From a virus (Duplodnaviria > Caudoviricetes): a DNA stretch of 64,000 nt. This document shows, piece after piece, positions 34,993-45,116 of the stretch. Within the stretch, counting starts at the first letter, position 1; every line of letters begins with the position of its first letter. The stretch covers positions 1-64,000 of IMG/VR virus record IMGVR_UViG_2841454579_000002; one strand, written 5' to 3'. The notes under the pieces were generated by a model. The model searched no databases. It saw nothing but the letters and a program-made list of their open reading frames with translations, and was not told the DNA's origin. Position numbers and translations under genes: made by a program.

Positions 34993-35339
34993 TGGGAATT
35001 GTCGCTGATTTTAATCAAGGTCAGGGACTGCACACTCACTACCAGCATACGGCACTTACGCTGTATGTTGGTGTTGAGGACGAGTACGGTAACGTTGCTG
35101 CTGACGATATGTTCAGTAACATCGAATACAGTATTGTGACTCCTCGCGGTGCGGTGGCAATCCGTAAAGACCTGAATGACGGTGTAACCTTCGCTGACTC
35201 CCGTGTCACTGTGTTCATCCCCGATACCCAGTTGTCTATGTCAGGTTCACACACTCACCAGCTGGTTTTCTACGACAGTGCCGGTAACGCACTCCCTCCG
35301 GCATTCCAGTTCCCGCTGTTTATCACCCCAAGAGCCTAA
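34992..35339 (+). CDS. BppU/Ig-like tail protein
   Basis: 115 aa beta-sandwich pattern. Confidence 0.55.
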   Translation: MGIVADFNQGQGLHTHYQHTALTLYVGVEDEYGNVAADDMFSNIEYSIVTPRGAVAIRKDLNDGVTFADSRVTVFIPDTQLSMSGSHTHQLVFYDSAGNALPPAFQFPLFITPRA

Positions 35340-35340
35340 T

Positions 35341-35493
35341 ATGTCCAAAGCCCTCCGCTTGTCTGATTCTGAAGACGAAGTAACAATCCAAATCTCTGCA
35401 CCATGTACGGTAATAATCACTTATGAAGACGGTACTTCTGAACACGTCACTATTGATGATGCAGCTAACGTTGTACGGGAGTTCCAGGAATAA
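35341..35493 (+). CDS. Small hypothetical protein, 50 aa
   Basis: MSKALRLSDSE...; fills the gap. Confidence 0.55.
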   Translation: MSKALRLSDSEDEVTIQISAPCTVIITYEDGTSEHVTIDDAANVVREFQE

Positions 35494-35494
35494 C

Positions 35495-36079
35495 ATGACA
35501 CCTCTGAACGCATTTGATTCGCTGGAAGATGCGAAAGCCTATTCCGCACCGAAGGAAATTCTGATCACCCCTGACATGGTGATTGCTTTTCTGACTGAAC
35601 ATAACTCCGTGACCTCCCTGCAGGAGTCCACTGACGAGAAAGCCAGAGGTTTTCTGATGGCCATCAGTTCCGGTGGTATTGAGTTTAACCTGATGGATTC
35701 ACACGCTGTAGGCCAGAAGCAGCAAGCCATTCTGACTTACCTTGTCAGTATTGATGCGGTAACGCAGGGATTTGCCGATGCCTGTATGTCCTATGCAAAC
35801 CAGACCTGGCAGCCTTACGCTGATACCACTGAGTACCAGTTCATGAAGGCCAAAGGTACATGCCCTGTCAAAGAGGTATTCCCCTCTAACGGTTGGCTTA
35901 AAATTGAAGTCACTGAGGAATGTGAGGCCCACGCTCCACAGATTTACGCAACGATTCAGGGCGTAAAAACACGGGTTGCCGGCTTCAGTACTATCGGGCT
36001 GGCCGGTCCTTATCTGGCGCGTGTTCCTTCCCAGTATGGTGTACTGGAAGTTGACGATGCCTACGGGGTAATCCAGTAA
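35495..36079 (+). CDS. Hypothetical protein, tail module
   Basis: Start MTPLNAF after an AGGA SD. Confidence 0.7.
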   Translation: MTPLNAFDSLEDAKAYSAPKEILITPDMVIAFLTEHNSVTSLQESTDEKARGFLMAISSGGIEFNLMDSHAVGQKQQAILTYLVSIDAVTQGFADACMSYANQTWQPYADTTEYQFMKAKGTCPVKEVFPSNGWLKIEVTEECEAHAPQIYATIQGVKTRVAGFSTIGLAGPYLARVPSQYGVLEVDDAYGVIQ

Positions 36080-37494
36080 TGGGTTACTCCTTACTCTTTA
36101 ACGGTTCGACACAGTACGCCGCCAGTGTAGGCGGTAACGACCGCACTTACTCAATCCGGCCGACAACGGGTAAGTACCGGATCATCTTTTCCCGCCTGCA
36201 ATACTGGGGCGCACATACCGGCCCTGTCGTATGGCACTGCTATAACGGCTGTAAGATAAACATCCGTACCACGGACGGGCAGATTGAAACCAGTCCCGGC
36301 GGGAAGTTTATCGGTAAACCTGTCCCTAACGACGGGACGCCGTTCAAACTGGAAGTGGAATGGGATATCGATAACGGGACGGTAGGCTACTGGATAGATG
36401 ATGTCTTCCAGCAGGAATTTACCGGCATTGATAACGGCTTCAGTCTTCATGCAGCAGGGACGCTTAACCGGACAATGTTCTGCCGCCGTCAGCACTTAGA
36501 CAGTGCGTACATGAGCGCAGAGATAAGCGGTACGGTTACTATCTGGGAAGACGATGCCGACAACGGATTTATCTATGACTTTGACGCGTCCGGACCTTCC
36601 GGTAATGAGATCATTGAAACGGTACAGGGCCGTAATGCCGCACTGACCGGCTTTGCTACCGATGGTTCTCAGTGGAACTACTATGAGTCTGCAGGCACCG
36701 GCGGCGGGACGTTATACGAACTGGAACTGCAAGCCGGAAATACAGTCACTGAAGCAGTAACACTGGATATCATCGCATCCCTTAATACCAATACGTCTTG
36801 GGCTCAGTCAGTGGCGCAGGCATCGCCGGTAGCCACGGCAGTCGTACAGGCACTGAATGCGGTTACCTCAGAACACACTCAGCAGGCCTCTGCCGTTACC
36901 CTGCAGCAACAGGTACAAGTGGCAGGCGTGATCAGCGAACACCGTTCTGAAGCCGCTGCACTCACACCTACACAATCTTCTGCACAATCGGTTATACTGG
37001 TTACCGCCAGTCAGTCAGAGCAGGGTACTGTTCTGTCAGCTGCCCAGCAGCAGGTATTGACCGGTATCCTCGCTGAACAACTCCACCAGGCCGGTGTACA
37101 GGATATCTCATCCCTTCAGGCCATTACCTACGTACAGGCTGAACAGGCCTCTGATGCGACTGCACTGAGTATCGACACGCTGAACGGTGCACAACTGATT
37201 ACAGTTATCACCTCAGAACACGTTCACAACGCTCAGACGGCGTTTATCAGTGAAGTTAATGCAACTGCCCTGATTGATGCTGAAATGCGCTCAGAGGCTT
37301 CCAGCGTTAGCGTAGAAGCCGCTTTAAGTACGGTGACACTGCCTGCTTCCCATGTAACAGAAACCAGTGCCCTTGATGTACTGATGTTTATCGGTACGCC
37401 GGATAACCTGCAGGGTGTCCAGCTTGTGCCGCTTACCTCCATGTATTCACTTACCCCTCTTACCAATCCCACCTACACATTAAAGGAAATTTAA
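36079..37494 (+). CDS. Fibre-like protein with an N-terminal LamG-like domain and S/T/A/Q repeats
   Basis: YSLLFNG start; repeated SEH/AEQ..A units. Confidence 0.7.
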   Translation: MGYSLLFNGSTQYAASVGGNDRTYSIRPTTGKYRIIFSRLQYWGAHTGPVVWHCYNGCKINIRTTDGQIETSPGGKFIGKPVPNDGTPFKLEVEWDIDNGTVGYWIDDVFQQEFTGIDNGFSLHAAGTLNRTMFCRRQHLDSAYMSAEISGTVTIWEDDADNGFIYDFDASGPSGNEIIETVQGRNAALTGFATDGSQWNYYESAGTGGGTLYELELQAGNTVTEAVTLDIIASLNTNTSWAQSVAQASPVATAVVQALNAVTSEHTQQASAVTLQQQVQVAGVISEHRSEAAALTPTQSSAQSVILVTASQSEQGTVLSAAQQQVLTGILAEQLHQAGVQDISSLQAITYVQAEQASDATALSIDTLNGAQLITVITSEHVHNAQTAFISEVNATALIDAEMRSEASSVSVEAALSTVTLPASHVTETSALDVLMFIGTPDNLQGVQLVPLTSMYSLTPLTNPTYTLKEI

Positions 37495-37886
37495 TGGCTA
37501 CATTCTTCACGGCATCTGCAATCAAGCAGAATGGTTACCAGCATCTGAAAGATAACGTCACTACGGCGTATCTGTGTAAGGCTCCGGCCAAGTCCGATTC
37601 GCTGGCCACAATCCAGGGCAAAGCTATCGCACAGGCAGCTGTGGCAGGTTCAGACGTTGCGTTCTCGGCATCCGGCAATGATTTACTGGTTACCATCAAC
37701 GGTAAATCCGGATTAGACCCCAGCGGTACAGCAGCAAGCGGCGATGACATTGCAGTGGTGTACTGCTCAGCGTCTGCCCCACTGGTTTGTGTCGATGCAA
37801 CGGACCGGACTATCACTAACAATGACGGGGATACCCTGGATATTCCTGCCGCACAAATTTACGTACGTGAATTAGGATCGGTGTAA
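37494..37886 (+). CDS. Virion structural protein
   Basis: 130 aa, Ala/Ser/Gly-rich; AAGGA SD. Confidence 0.7.
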   Translation: MATFFTASAIKQNGYQHLKDNVTTAYLCKAPAKSDSLATIQGKAIAQAAVAGSDVAFSASGNDLLVTINGKSGLDPSGTAASGDDIAVVYCSASAPLVCVDATDRTITNNDGDTLDIPAAQIYVRELGSV

Positions 37887-38479
37887 TGCGAATTACGGCC
37901 CACAAAAACACCAGTAAATTCTTTAGCTATCGTGTCCAGAAGGACGGGGTAGATTTAGATTTGGATGCGATGGGCGTAACGAACATTCAGGTTGCTGATG
38001 AAGGGCAGAGCATTTCTGCCCTGAGCGGAGATATCACTTTTTCCGCTAATATCATGAGCATACGGTGGGGTAGTCTTAAATTACCGGCAGGTGAGTATTC
38101 GCCTACGGTGTACCTGTATAATCCGGAAAATCCAAAAGGATTAGTACTTTACGGGCCAGAGACCAACCCTGTTACGCTTGTCCTTGTTGAGGATGAAAGA
38201 CCCCATTTAGTTAATATCTCTGCCACGACAGATTTGCTTACTCTTTCGGGACCGGCAAAACCCATTTCGGTGATTTCTGTTGATGGTGCTTTAATTAAAT
38301 TCTCTAAATACTCCGGTAGTTTTACGAATATAACACCGCTTGAAATTAATACCCCGAACAATGAAGGCTCTGACCTCATTTATGCAAAAACTCCGCTCCC
38401 TTCCGCGAAGAGTTGGACTTTTTCAGTGTTGATGCCGGACGGGGTAAAAAGCGAGTTTAAAAAGCGTTGGATTGTCTAA
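37886..38479 (+). CDS. Tail-module protein (BppU-like N-terminus)
   Basis: 197 aa; coupled; lower GC. Confidence 0.6.
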   Translation: MRITAHKNTSKFFSYRVQKDGVDLDLDAMGVTNIQVADEGQSISALSGDITFSANIMSIRWGSLKLPAGEYSPTVYLYNPENPKGLVLYGPETNPVTLVLVEDERPHLVNISATTDLLTLSGPAKPISVISVDGALIKFSKYSGSFTNITPLEINTPNNEGSDLIYAKTPLPSAKSWTFSVLMPDGVKSEFKKRWIV

Positions 38480-38517
38480 CTTACGAACTCAATAGGTTTG
38501 GATCTTTCACATAAAAC

Positions 38518-38553
38518 AAAAGGCGTTAGGGGGAATTTCCTAACGCCTTTTTT
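38518..38553. terminator. Intrinsic terminator
   Basis: AAAAGGCGTTAGG...CCTAACGCCTTTTTT. Confidence 0.8.
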
Positions 38554-38628
38554 TAATACTTCATGTAAAGTTCGACTGGTAGGTCAAACTATTCCCTTCC
38601 TTAACTCATCTCCATTTTAACTACGCAC

Positions 38629-38931
38629 ATGAAAGAAACTACCATGGTTGAGAATATAAAAGATCTTCCTCCGACAGTACTGGGAGCATTAATGGCAATT
38701 GTCATTTCTATTCTTCGAGTGATGTATGATCGGGAAGAAACATCAGTACTACGTGTAGGCTTGGAAGCCTCTTTATGCGGGACGCTTGCAGTTGTCGCAG
38801 GTAGTGCTATTACAGCTTTAGGGCTTGATCAGGAGTGGACACTATTTGTCGGCGGAGTCATAGGCTTCGTTGGATCACAAAGCATACGTACCTACGCCGA
38901 CAGAATGATTAAGAGAAAAATTGATAATTAA
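38629..38931 (+). CDS. Lambda S-like holin
   Basis: Three TM segments; ISILRVMY, EASLCG, FVGGVIGFVGS..IR; basic C-terminus. Confidence 0.8.
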   Translation: MKETTMVENIKDLPPTVLGALMAIVISILRVMYDREETSVLRVGLEASLCGTLAVVAGSAITALGLDQEWTLFVGGVIGFVGSQSIRTYADRMIKRKIDN

Positions 38932-39206
38932 TGTTTGCTGGTTACTGCGGGTTTCATTGAGAGCCAACCCTGTATTGAATCCTCACAAACTAAACCCGAA
39001 TCCAGCATTTCATTAATGCTTTTACAAGTCGAATCCGTAATCCACTCACCATTTACAAAACACGCTAATTGTCTTTTTCCCCTAATTGTCATAACGGAAT
39101 ATCTGCGCGGATATAACTGACCAAGGGTGTTTCCTTTCAGTACGCTCACTGTTTGTCCCTTACCGGTAAAAAGATCCGCCAAGATTAATTGATTTGTTTT
39201 GTGCAC
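38928..39206 (-). CDS. Hypothetical protein
   Basis: 92 aa; GTG start, no clear SD. Confidence 0.4.
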   Translation of the reverse strand: MHKTNQLILADLFTGKGQTVSVLKGNTLGQLYPRRYSVMTIRGKRQLACFVNGEWITDSTCKSINEMLDSGLVCEDSIQGWLSMKPAVTSKH

Positions 39207-39211
39207 ACAAT

Positions 39212-39242
39212 AAAAAAATTCCCCTTTAAAAGGGGAATTTTT
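39212..39242. terminator. Palindromic bidirectional terminator
   Basis: AAAAATTCCCCTTT-A-AAAGGGGAATTTTT. Confidence 0.7.
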
Positions 39243-39246
39243 GTAT

Positions 39247-39741
39247 CTACTTAATAGAAAGCAACTTATTTTTATCGCTACTCGATCTGGTAGTTCCTAC
39301 CCAGTAAACAACACTGGCTACCCATAATGCGACCAGTTGACCTGCAAAATAATTTACAAGTGTTTTATTTACATCAGGTATTTCAATAAAGAATAGTCCG
39401 GCTAAATAAAATGTAGAAATTAGGGTGAGCGTTGTCGTAATGATTGCCGGCATTTTAGAATCTTTATGTAAATTCCGTGCGTCCTGCCGGTCCTTATTAA
39501 TATCCTGCAAAACTGCCAGTTCTATTTCTTTTAAACGCACTCTTTCTTTTGATTCAAACTCTGCAATTTTAATTTGGTTTTCCGGAGAGAGCAGGGCAGT
39601 TTGAACTGCTTGCGGGGTATTCTCTACGTCCAGTTCTTTTGCAATGAGTGACCCGATTACCGTTCCGGTAGGGCCGCCTAATAACGTACCTAAGTATGGT
39701 GCGGTTTGACCTACTAAGTTTTTAATATCAGTCCAGTTCAT
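39247..39741 (-). CDS. Second holin-like membrane protein
   Basis: APYLGTLLGGP, DRQDAR, two C-terminal TMs, YWVGTTRSS. Confidence 0.7.
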   Translation of the reverse strand: MNWTDIKNLVGQTAPYLGTLLGGPTGTVIGSLIAKELDVENTPQAVQTALLSPENQIKIAEFESKERVRLKEIELAVLQDINKDRQDARNLHKDSKMPAIITTTLTLISTFYLAGLFFIEIPDVNKTLVNYFAGQLVALWVASVVYWVGTTRSSSDKNKLLSIK

Positions 39742-40105
39742 GTGTAATTTCCAGTATCCAGGAAGAGTCACCAAACCATTCCAGAAGAATGTCCATGGCA
39801 GCTTCAGAGTTAATACCTACGCCATCGACAATCTTCATGCACGGGGCCAGACAGCCTGCCAACTGATGTACGTAATTGGCCAGATGGATTTCAATGTCTG
39901 TTCGGCCCTCTACATCCCGTAACCGGTAGAATTGGTGTTGGCCGGTGTAGTCGCGGTCCACAATGTATACCCCTTCAGGGATACATGATTTGAATGGAAT
40001 GTTGTTCAGGTCGGGGCGTTCAAGGAAGCAAATCTTTGTACCGTCAGGCATGGTAAGTTCGCTTTCAGTGCGGTCAGGAAAGTACTTCCTATAGAGCGTT
40101 AACAT
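39728..40105 (-). CDS. DUF5675-family protein, putative endolysin
   Basis: LERP, SCIPEGVY, GRTDIEIHLAN...LAGC. Confidence 0.75.
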   Translation of the reverse strand: MLTLYRKYFPDRTESELTMPDGTKICFLERPDLNNIPFKSCIPEGVYIVDRDYTGQHQFYRLRDVEGRTDIEIHLANYVHQLAGCLAPCMKIVDGVGINSEAAMDILLEWFGDSSWILEITHELD

Positions 40106-40316
40106 GTTTTTCTACCTCTGTGTAACCCCCGATATGTTCTTCATCCCAGAAGACTTGCGGAACAGTTTCAAAGCCCTGGTCGATGATGAAGTTTAGCTTG
40201 TCTTTGTTGTCTTCTGATTTGATGTCATAATATTCAAACGGTAAATTCTTAGCCGTTAACAGATCAATTGCGTATTCGCAGTAGTCGCACTTAGCGCGAC
40301 CATATACAGTAAACAT
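40089..40316 (-). CDS. Glutaredoxin
   Basis: CDYC, TVPQVF, HIGGY. Confidence 0.93.
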   Translation of the reverse strand: MFTVYGRAKCDYCEYAIDLLTAKNLPFEYYDIKSEDNKDKLNFIIDQGFETVPQVFWDEEHIGGYTEVEKHVNAL

Positions 40317-40446
40317 TGGAGTACCTTAAAACGTGGATGGGTGGCCCGTTGCAATAACTGGCCGGTAGGAATCTAAAACTTACCCCTGACATTCACGTTT
40401 GTAAACCAATCCCTCCTGCATTCCCTCCCTTACATGAGTCTTGTCC

Positions 40447-40791
40447 ATGAAACCACTAAAGACGTTATATACCGATAGCCATTACCAGCTGCGGCTGGTA
40501 TACACGGACGCCGATGGTACGCCTGTAGATATCACCGGTGCTACGGCCACTATGGTATTAAGAAACACGATTGAATCCGCCGCACTGGTCACGACCAGCG
40601 CAACAATTGACGGCCCTACAGGGACAATCGAATTTACTATCCCGCCTGAAGATACATCCACTCTGATTGATGCCAAACGCCCTGAACGAAAGTTACTGGC
40701 CGGCGCAATGCTGTACCTGCCTGACGACCTCAGCATTCCCCTGTTTAACACCACGGTTCTTGCTAAGAAAAACATCGTACGGGGAGCGTAA
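40447..40791 (+). CDS. BppU/Ig-like tail protein
   Basis: DGTPVDITGAT...GTIEFTIPPEDT. Confidence 0.65.
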   Translation: MKPLKTLYTDSHYQLRLVYTDADGTPVDITGATATMVLRNTIESAALVTTSATIDGPTGTIEFTIPPEDTSTLIDAKRPERKLLAGAMLYLPDDLSIPLFNTTVLAKKNIVRGA

Positions 40792-40793
40792 CT

Positions 40794-43700
40794 TTGACTG
40801 ATGTACACGCTAATGAGGTACATGTGGATGAGTCAGATCTGATTGAAGTAAAAGCGCAGGGTGCTATCCCTGTGTATTCTTCTGAGGTACAGACGCTCTA
40901 CATTACCCAGCCTACCAATCTTCAGCTGTTCAGTGAGGACGTGACAAAGCGCAGCCCTTACTTTGATGAGCGGGAAGACACTACTGAAGTGGCCGGTGTG
41001 GTTGCTGTACGGGGATTTACCCGTGCTTACTTGTCCTGGTTTGAACTGACATCACCTGAACGTCACAAAGCGACAAAGGTGTACCGAAGCACCACTGATG
41101 ACTTTGACGGTGCAGTCTGCGTAGGCGACAGCCAGACGCAGACATTCACTGATACTGTAGAACCGGATACAGAATACTATTACTGGTTTATTCCGGTAAC
41201 CCATGCTGGCAATGAAGGTATACGCACCACTTCACACTATCTGATGAAAAGTCAGGACAGGGATGCAGTCGTTAAGTTCCTTGGTCTGGATGGTGTGTTC
41301 GGCGCACTGAATGACCTTGAAACGTTGCTTACCGGCAGACTGGATGCCGTTGATAACTCCCTGTACCAAATCAACGCTGACTTACTCAATGAAGCGGTGA
41401 CGCTGATCAACGAACAGATTGCCATTGTCCTCGGAAACCAGATAAGCCTTCAGAGTACACTTGGCTTGATGATGGACGAGTCCATTGCGCTGATGCGTGA
41501 GCAGATAGATATCGTGGTAACTGAGAACACCGCGCAGATCTCCCGTATCAATACGCTGACTGCACAAGTGAACTCTGAAACTGAAAGTCGTATCGCTGCT
41601 ATCAACACACTGGAAGAAAGTCTGGTAGGTGTTGATTCTGCTATTGCTACAGTACGTGAAGAACTATCTGCAGAGATAACTTCAGAACGTCAACGTACGG
41701 ACGCTCAGATTGTCTCAGAGCGACAAACACGTGTAACCCGTGAAGATGCCTTGGCAAACGCTATTACGTCCTTACAGACCTCTACAGAGAGCGATATTGC
41801 CAGTGCTAATGCTGCCATTGAGCAGGAGAGTACAGCACGATCATCTGCTTTCGGTGCAATGGCCTCACAGATTGAATCCATCAATGCCGGATTCACGACA
41901 GCACAGGGCGAACTGAATGCCCGTATTGACGAGGAAGCCCAGACCCGCGTAACTGCTACGGATGCACTGGCCCAACGGGTAACGGACATTGAATCATCTG
42001 TGTCCACAGACATTGCAGATTCCCGTGCGTCCCTTGAGCAGAGCCTGACTACCGTTACAAGTGAACTGAATGCACTTGCAGAATCCACACTGGATTTGAG
42101 CGCAGAGATTAGTGATGCCCAGTTATCTGCGGTAGCAGAAGCACAGCAGTACACACGGGCGCAGGTCGGTGTGTGTTACATCAACGGTAACTTATCAACC
42201 CATGTTGATGAAACAGCGTGCGTTAATGCCGGCGGTACTTGGAAGCGCGAACCTCTGTCCACTTCGTTTAATAACGTTCAGATCAGCTACACCAAGCCGG
42301 ACGGTTCCACCGTCACCGGCGGGGCACAGATGCTACTGCAATCAGTGGTCAATGATGTAGGTAATGTTGCCAGCCGTGCTTACTTCGGTGTACGGGCTGA
42401 CGGGGCTATTACCGGCCTTATTACTCAGAATGAATCTGGTGTACCCGAGAGCAGTAAAGTACAGCTGGTCGGTAGTGCAGTTGAAATCCTGAATGACGAA
42501 GACGGTACGCCGTTTGTATCGTACGACACCGTTAACAAGCGCGGTGTTATCCGTGGTCTGTTGATACTGGAAGATGGTACACGTGTTTCCGGCCAGTCTG
42601 ACATTTCAGGCGGTAACGGTGATCCCGGGGCTGACGGCAAAAACGGGGCAGGCCTGTATGCACTGCAGAACAGCACCGGTGTATTCCCCGCCGATGCAAC
42701 TGCCAGTACCGAGTTTGAGAACTCATTCGGACGCGCACCTACAAAAGGCGATCACCTTACCTACCGTAATGCTGATAACACGAACAGTTCAATCAAACGT
42801 TTTGATGGTACTTCGTGGGTGGCCCCGTTACTTATCGTAAACGGTGACATGCTGACTATGGGTACTATCACTTCCGGCGCACTGGCTTCAAAAGCGGTGA
42901 CAGCCGATAAGATTGATGTACTGGACCTCTTTGCTCAGGACATTACCGCTACCGGTACAATTACCGGTGCCAAGTTCATCGGTTCAGAGTATTCAGGCGG
43001 TAAGGTAACGGTTGAGAACGCATCTACCGGTAACAAGGTTAGTCTGGATTCTTCCAGTGGTTCACCTATTCGGATCAGTAACGGTACTGATACCCTTCTG
43101 CAGTTTGATGCTGATAACAAACTTCAACTGCTTGCTGGTTTGGCTGACCACACAATCAACCGGTCAAGCATGTTCTCACAGGCAATCTGGGACTTAATTA
43201 AGCCACAGCCTACCTCTGGTTCTACCGGTGGTTCTTATGGCGCAGCTGGCGTCAGTGACAGCCAAACGTTAAGCCAGACAATACTGATGGAGAACGCTAA
43301 CCTCAGTACCACCACACTGTCATTTAAGCTACGCAGCTGGTACACCGGTTCATCGCCTGTGGACCCTGTCTGGAAGATCATTGTATTCCGTAAAGTCAGG
43401 CCGAAAGGCGGGACGTGGGATACTTCCATTAAAATTCACGAAAAAATATATACCGGTAATGCCATACCTTCTGAGAACTACGCCGACATACTGGTCAACT
43501 ACGTTGAGGATGTTGATGTCTCTGACGGATATTACGATGGTGAAATCCAGTTCAGTATTAGTGCACATTACCAGTCGGGCTCATTTATCTCAGAACGCTC
43601 AAGGTTAGAATCTATCGTTGCAACACAGTCCGTACAAGGCGGCGGGGTTAATGGTGATGCGCTGACACTGAATGGACAAGATCCTGACTACTACCTGAAA

Positions 43701-45116
43701 TGGGCGAATGTCCAGAATAAGCCAGCTTATACAACACGCTGGCCTACGTTCTCTGAAGTGTCAGATAAGCCTGCACAGTCTACACGTTGGCCTACATGGT
43801 CTGAGGTAACCAGTAAACCGGACGTTGCCATCAAGCCAGGTGACCACACGACTAACAACACCGATTACTCTATGGTGTGGGAAAACAACAACGGTACGCT
43901 GTACACCAGTGCCGCGCACCTGAAGTACAACCCCGCAAACAAGCGCATTACTACAGGTGGCCTGACTTTAGGGCTAGGCGGTGTGACTAATGATCTCCTG
44001 ACTCTGGACTCCGCAGGTCACGCAAACATCGTTATCGACCGCGGTTCTACGGACTACGACAACAATATCCTGTTTAAGACAAACGGTGCGTTATCGTGGC
44101 GTATCTGGCAAGGCTACGGCGATGAGCATCTGGGTATCAGGCACGAAGCGTCAGCATCAGAGCCTATGCGTATCTACGAAGACCACATCCGCTTGCAGAA
44201 TAAAATCGCTTTCAGGATGTCCGATGGTTGGCTGCGTATCAATGACCAAGGCGGTTTCGGTAGTGGTATCTACTGCGGAAGCAGTGTCTTACGTACGGAC
44301 GGTCAACTTGAAGTAGGCGGCAATGGTGCATACTTCATGGCGAATGGTTCAGAAGTTACCAGCAACAAGCCCCACCGGTTTAACCAAGACATCAACGCTT
44401 ATAAGAGCGTGTTGTTCAAGACCGCCGGCACTGGTATTTATTTCCAGCCGGACGGTTCAAACGACTTTGGCGGTATCCGGTATAACTCATCTGGCAATGA
44501 CGGGAACATGGAGTTCTGGACTTCGGATGATTACAGCGAACCATTTATTTTCCGTATGTACGATACAGGCTCAGTCGGTTCAGGTACTAACCGTGAGGTT
44601 TTTCGGATTAACGATGGTAACGCTCGTGTTATTCGCGCTGACGGCGGTGAAGCCAATCTGGATTTATCATCGTCTACCGGTACTTACGCACGCATGTACT
44701 ACCGTAAAAGTGATAACAAGTTCGGGTTTTTCCTGCCCAGTTCGGCCAGTAACTATTCAACGCGCCTCAGTTGGGACGGGACAAACGACCGGTGGACGGC
44801 TTCGGGTGAAGTGTGGGCAGACGATAACGTTGCGACCTCTGATATTCGTGTTAAAGAAGACTTGAAAGAGATCCGCAGTGCGCTGGATAAAGTCGGCCAT
44901 TTGACCGGTTACACGTACCTGCAAACGAAACTGAAAGCACGTAAAGCAGGTGTTATCGCACAGCATGTTGAAGGAGTCTTGCCGGAAGCGGTCAGTAAAG
45001 GCGAAGACGACATGTTGGCTGTATCGCAGGCCGGTGTCGTGGCACTGTTGGTCAACGCTGTGAAAGAGTTGCGTGAAGAAGTGCGGGTACTGCGCGGGAG
45101 AGTAGCTAATGGCTAA
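40794..45116 (+). CDS. Long tail fibre with C-terminal intramolecular chaperone (peptidase S74)
   Basis: FN3-like N-terminus; coiled coil; TRWPT(F/W)SEV..KP repeats; SDIRVKE...AGVIAQ.V..VLPEAV. Confidence 0.88.
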   Translation: MTDVHANEVHVDESDLIEVKAQGAIPVYSSEVQTLYITQPTNLQLFSEDVTKRSPYFDEREDTTEVAGVVAVRGFTRAYLSWFELTSPERHKATKVYRSTTDDFDGAVCVGDSQTQTFTDTVEPDTEYYYWFIPVTHAGNEGIRTTSHYLMKSQDRDAVVKFLGLDGVFGALNDLETLLTGRLDAVDNSLYQINADLLNEAVTLINEQIAIVLGNQISLQSTLGLMMDESIALMREQIDIVVTENTAQISRINTLTAQVNSETESRIAAINTLEESLVGVDSAIATVREELSAEITSERQRTDAQIVSERQTRVTREDALANAITSLQTSTESDIASANAAIEQESTARSSAFGAMASQIESINAGFTTAQGELNARIDEEAQTRVTATDALAQRVTDIESSVSTDIADSRASLEQSLTTVTSELNALAESTLDLSAEISDAQLSAVAEAQQYTRAQVGVCYINGNLSTHVDETACVNAGGTWKREPLSTSFNNVQISYTKPDGSTVTGGAQMLLQSVVNDVGNVASRAYFGVRADGAITGLITQNESGVPESSKVQLVGSAVEILNDEDGTPFVSYDTVNKRGVIRGLLILEDGTRVSGQSDISGGNGDPGADGKNGAGLYALQNSTGVFPADATASTEFENSFGRAPTKGDHLTYRNADNTNSSIKRFDGTSWVAPLLIVNGDMLTMGTITSGALASKAVTADKIDVLDLFAQDITATGTITGAKFIGSEYSGGKVTVENASTGNKVSLDSSSGSPIRISNGTDTLLQFDADNKLQLLAGLADHTINRSSMFSQAIWDLIKPQPTSGSTGGSYGAAGVSDSQTLSQTILMENANLSTTTLSFKLRSWYTGSSPVDPVWKIIVFRKVRPKGGTWDTSIKIHEKIYTGNAIPSENYADILVNYVEDVDVSDGYYDGEIQFSISAHYQSGSFISERSRLESIVATQSVQGGGVNGDALTLNGQDPDYYLKWANVQNKPAYTTRWPTFSEVSDKPAQSTRWPTWSEVTSKPDVAIKPGDHTTNNTDYSMVWENNNGTLYTSAAHLKYNPANKRITTGGLTLGLGGVTNDLLTLDSAGHANIVIDRGSTDYDNNILFKTNGALSWRIWQGYGDEHLGIRHEASASEPMRIYEDHIRLQNKIAFRMSDGWLRINDQGGFGSGIYCGSSVLRTDGQLEVGGNGAYFMANGSEVTSNKPHRFNQDINAYKSVLFKTAGTGIYFQPDGSNDFGGIRYNSSGNDGNMEFWTSDDYSEPFIFRMYDTGSVGSGTNREVFRINDGNARVIRADGGEANLDLSSSTGTYARMYYRKSDNKFGFFLPSSASNYSTRLSWDGTNDRWTASGEVWADDNVATSDIRVKEDLKEIRSALDKVGHLTGYTYLQTKLKARKAGVIAQHVEGVLPEAVSKGEDDMLAVSQAGVVALLVNAVKELREEVRVLRGRVANG

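Noticed and set aside
43700-43820. Tandem DNA repeats in the tail fibre gene as CRISPR or DGR repeats
   Set aside because: They are coding RWPTxSEV repeats; no spacers, cas genes or reverse transcriptase are present in the window.
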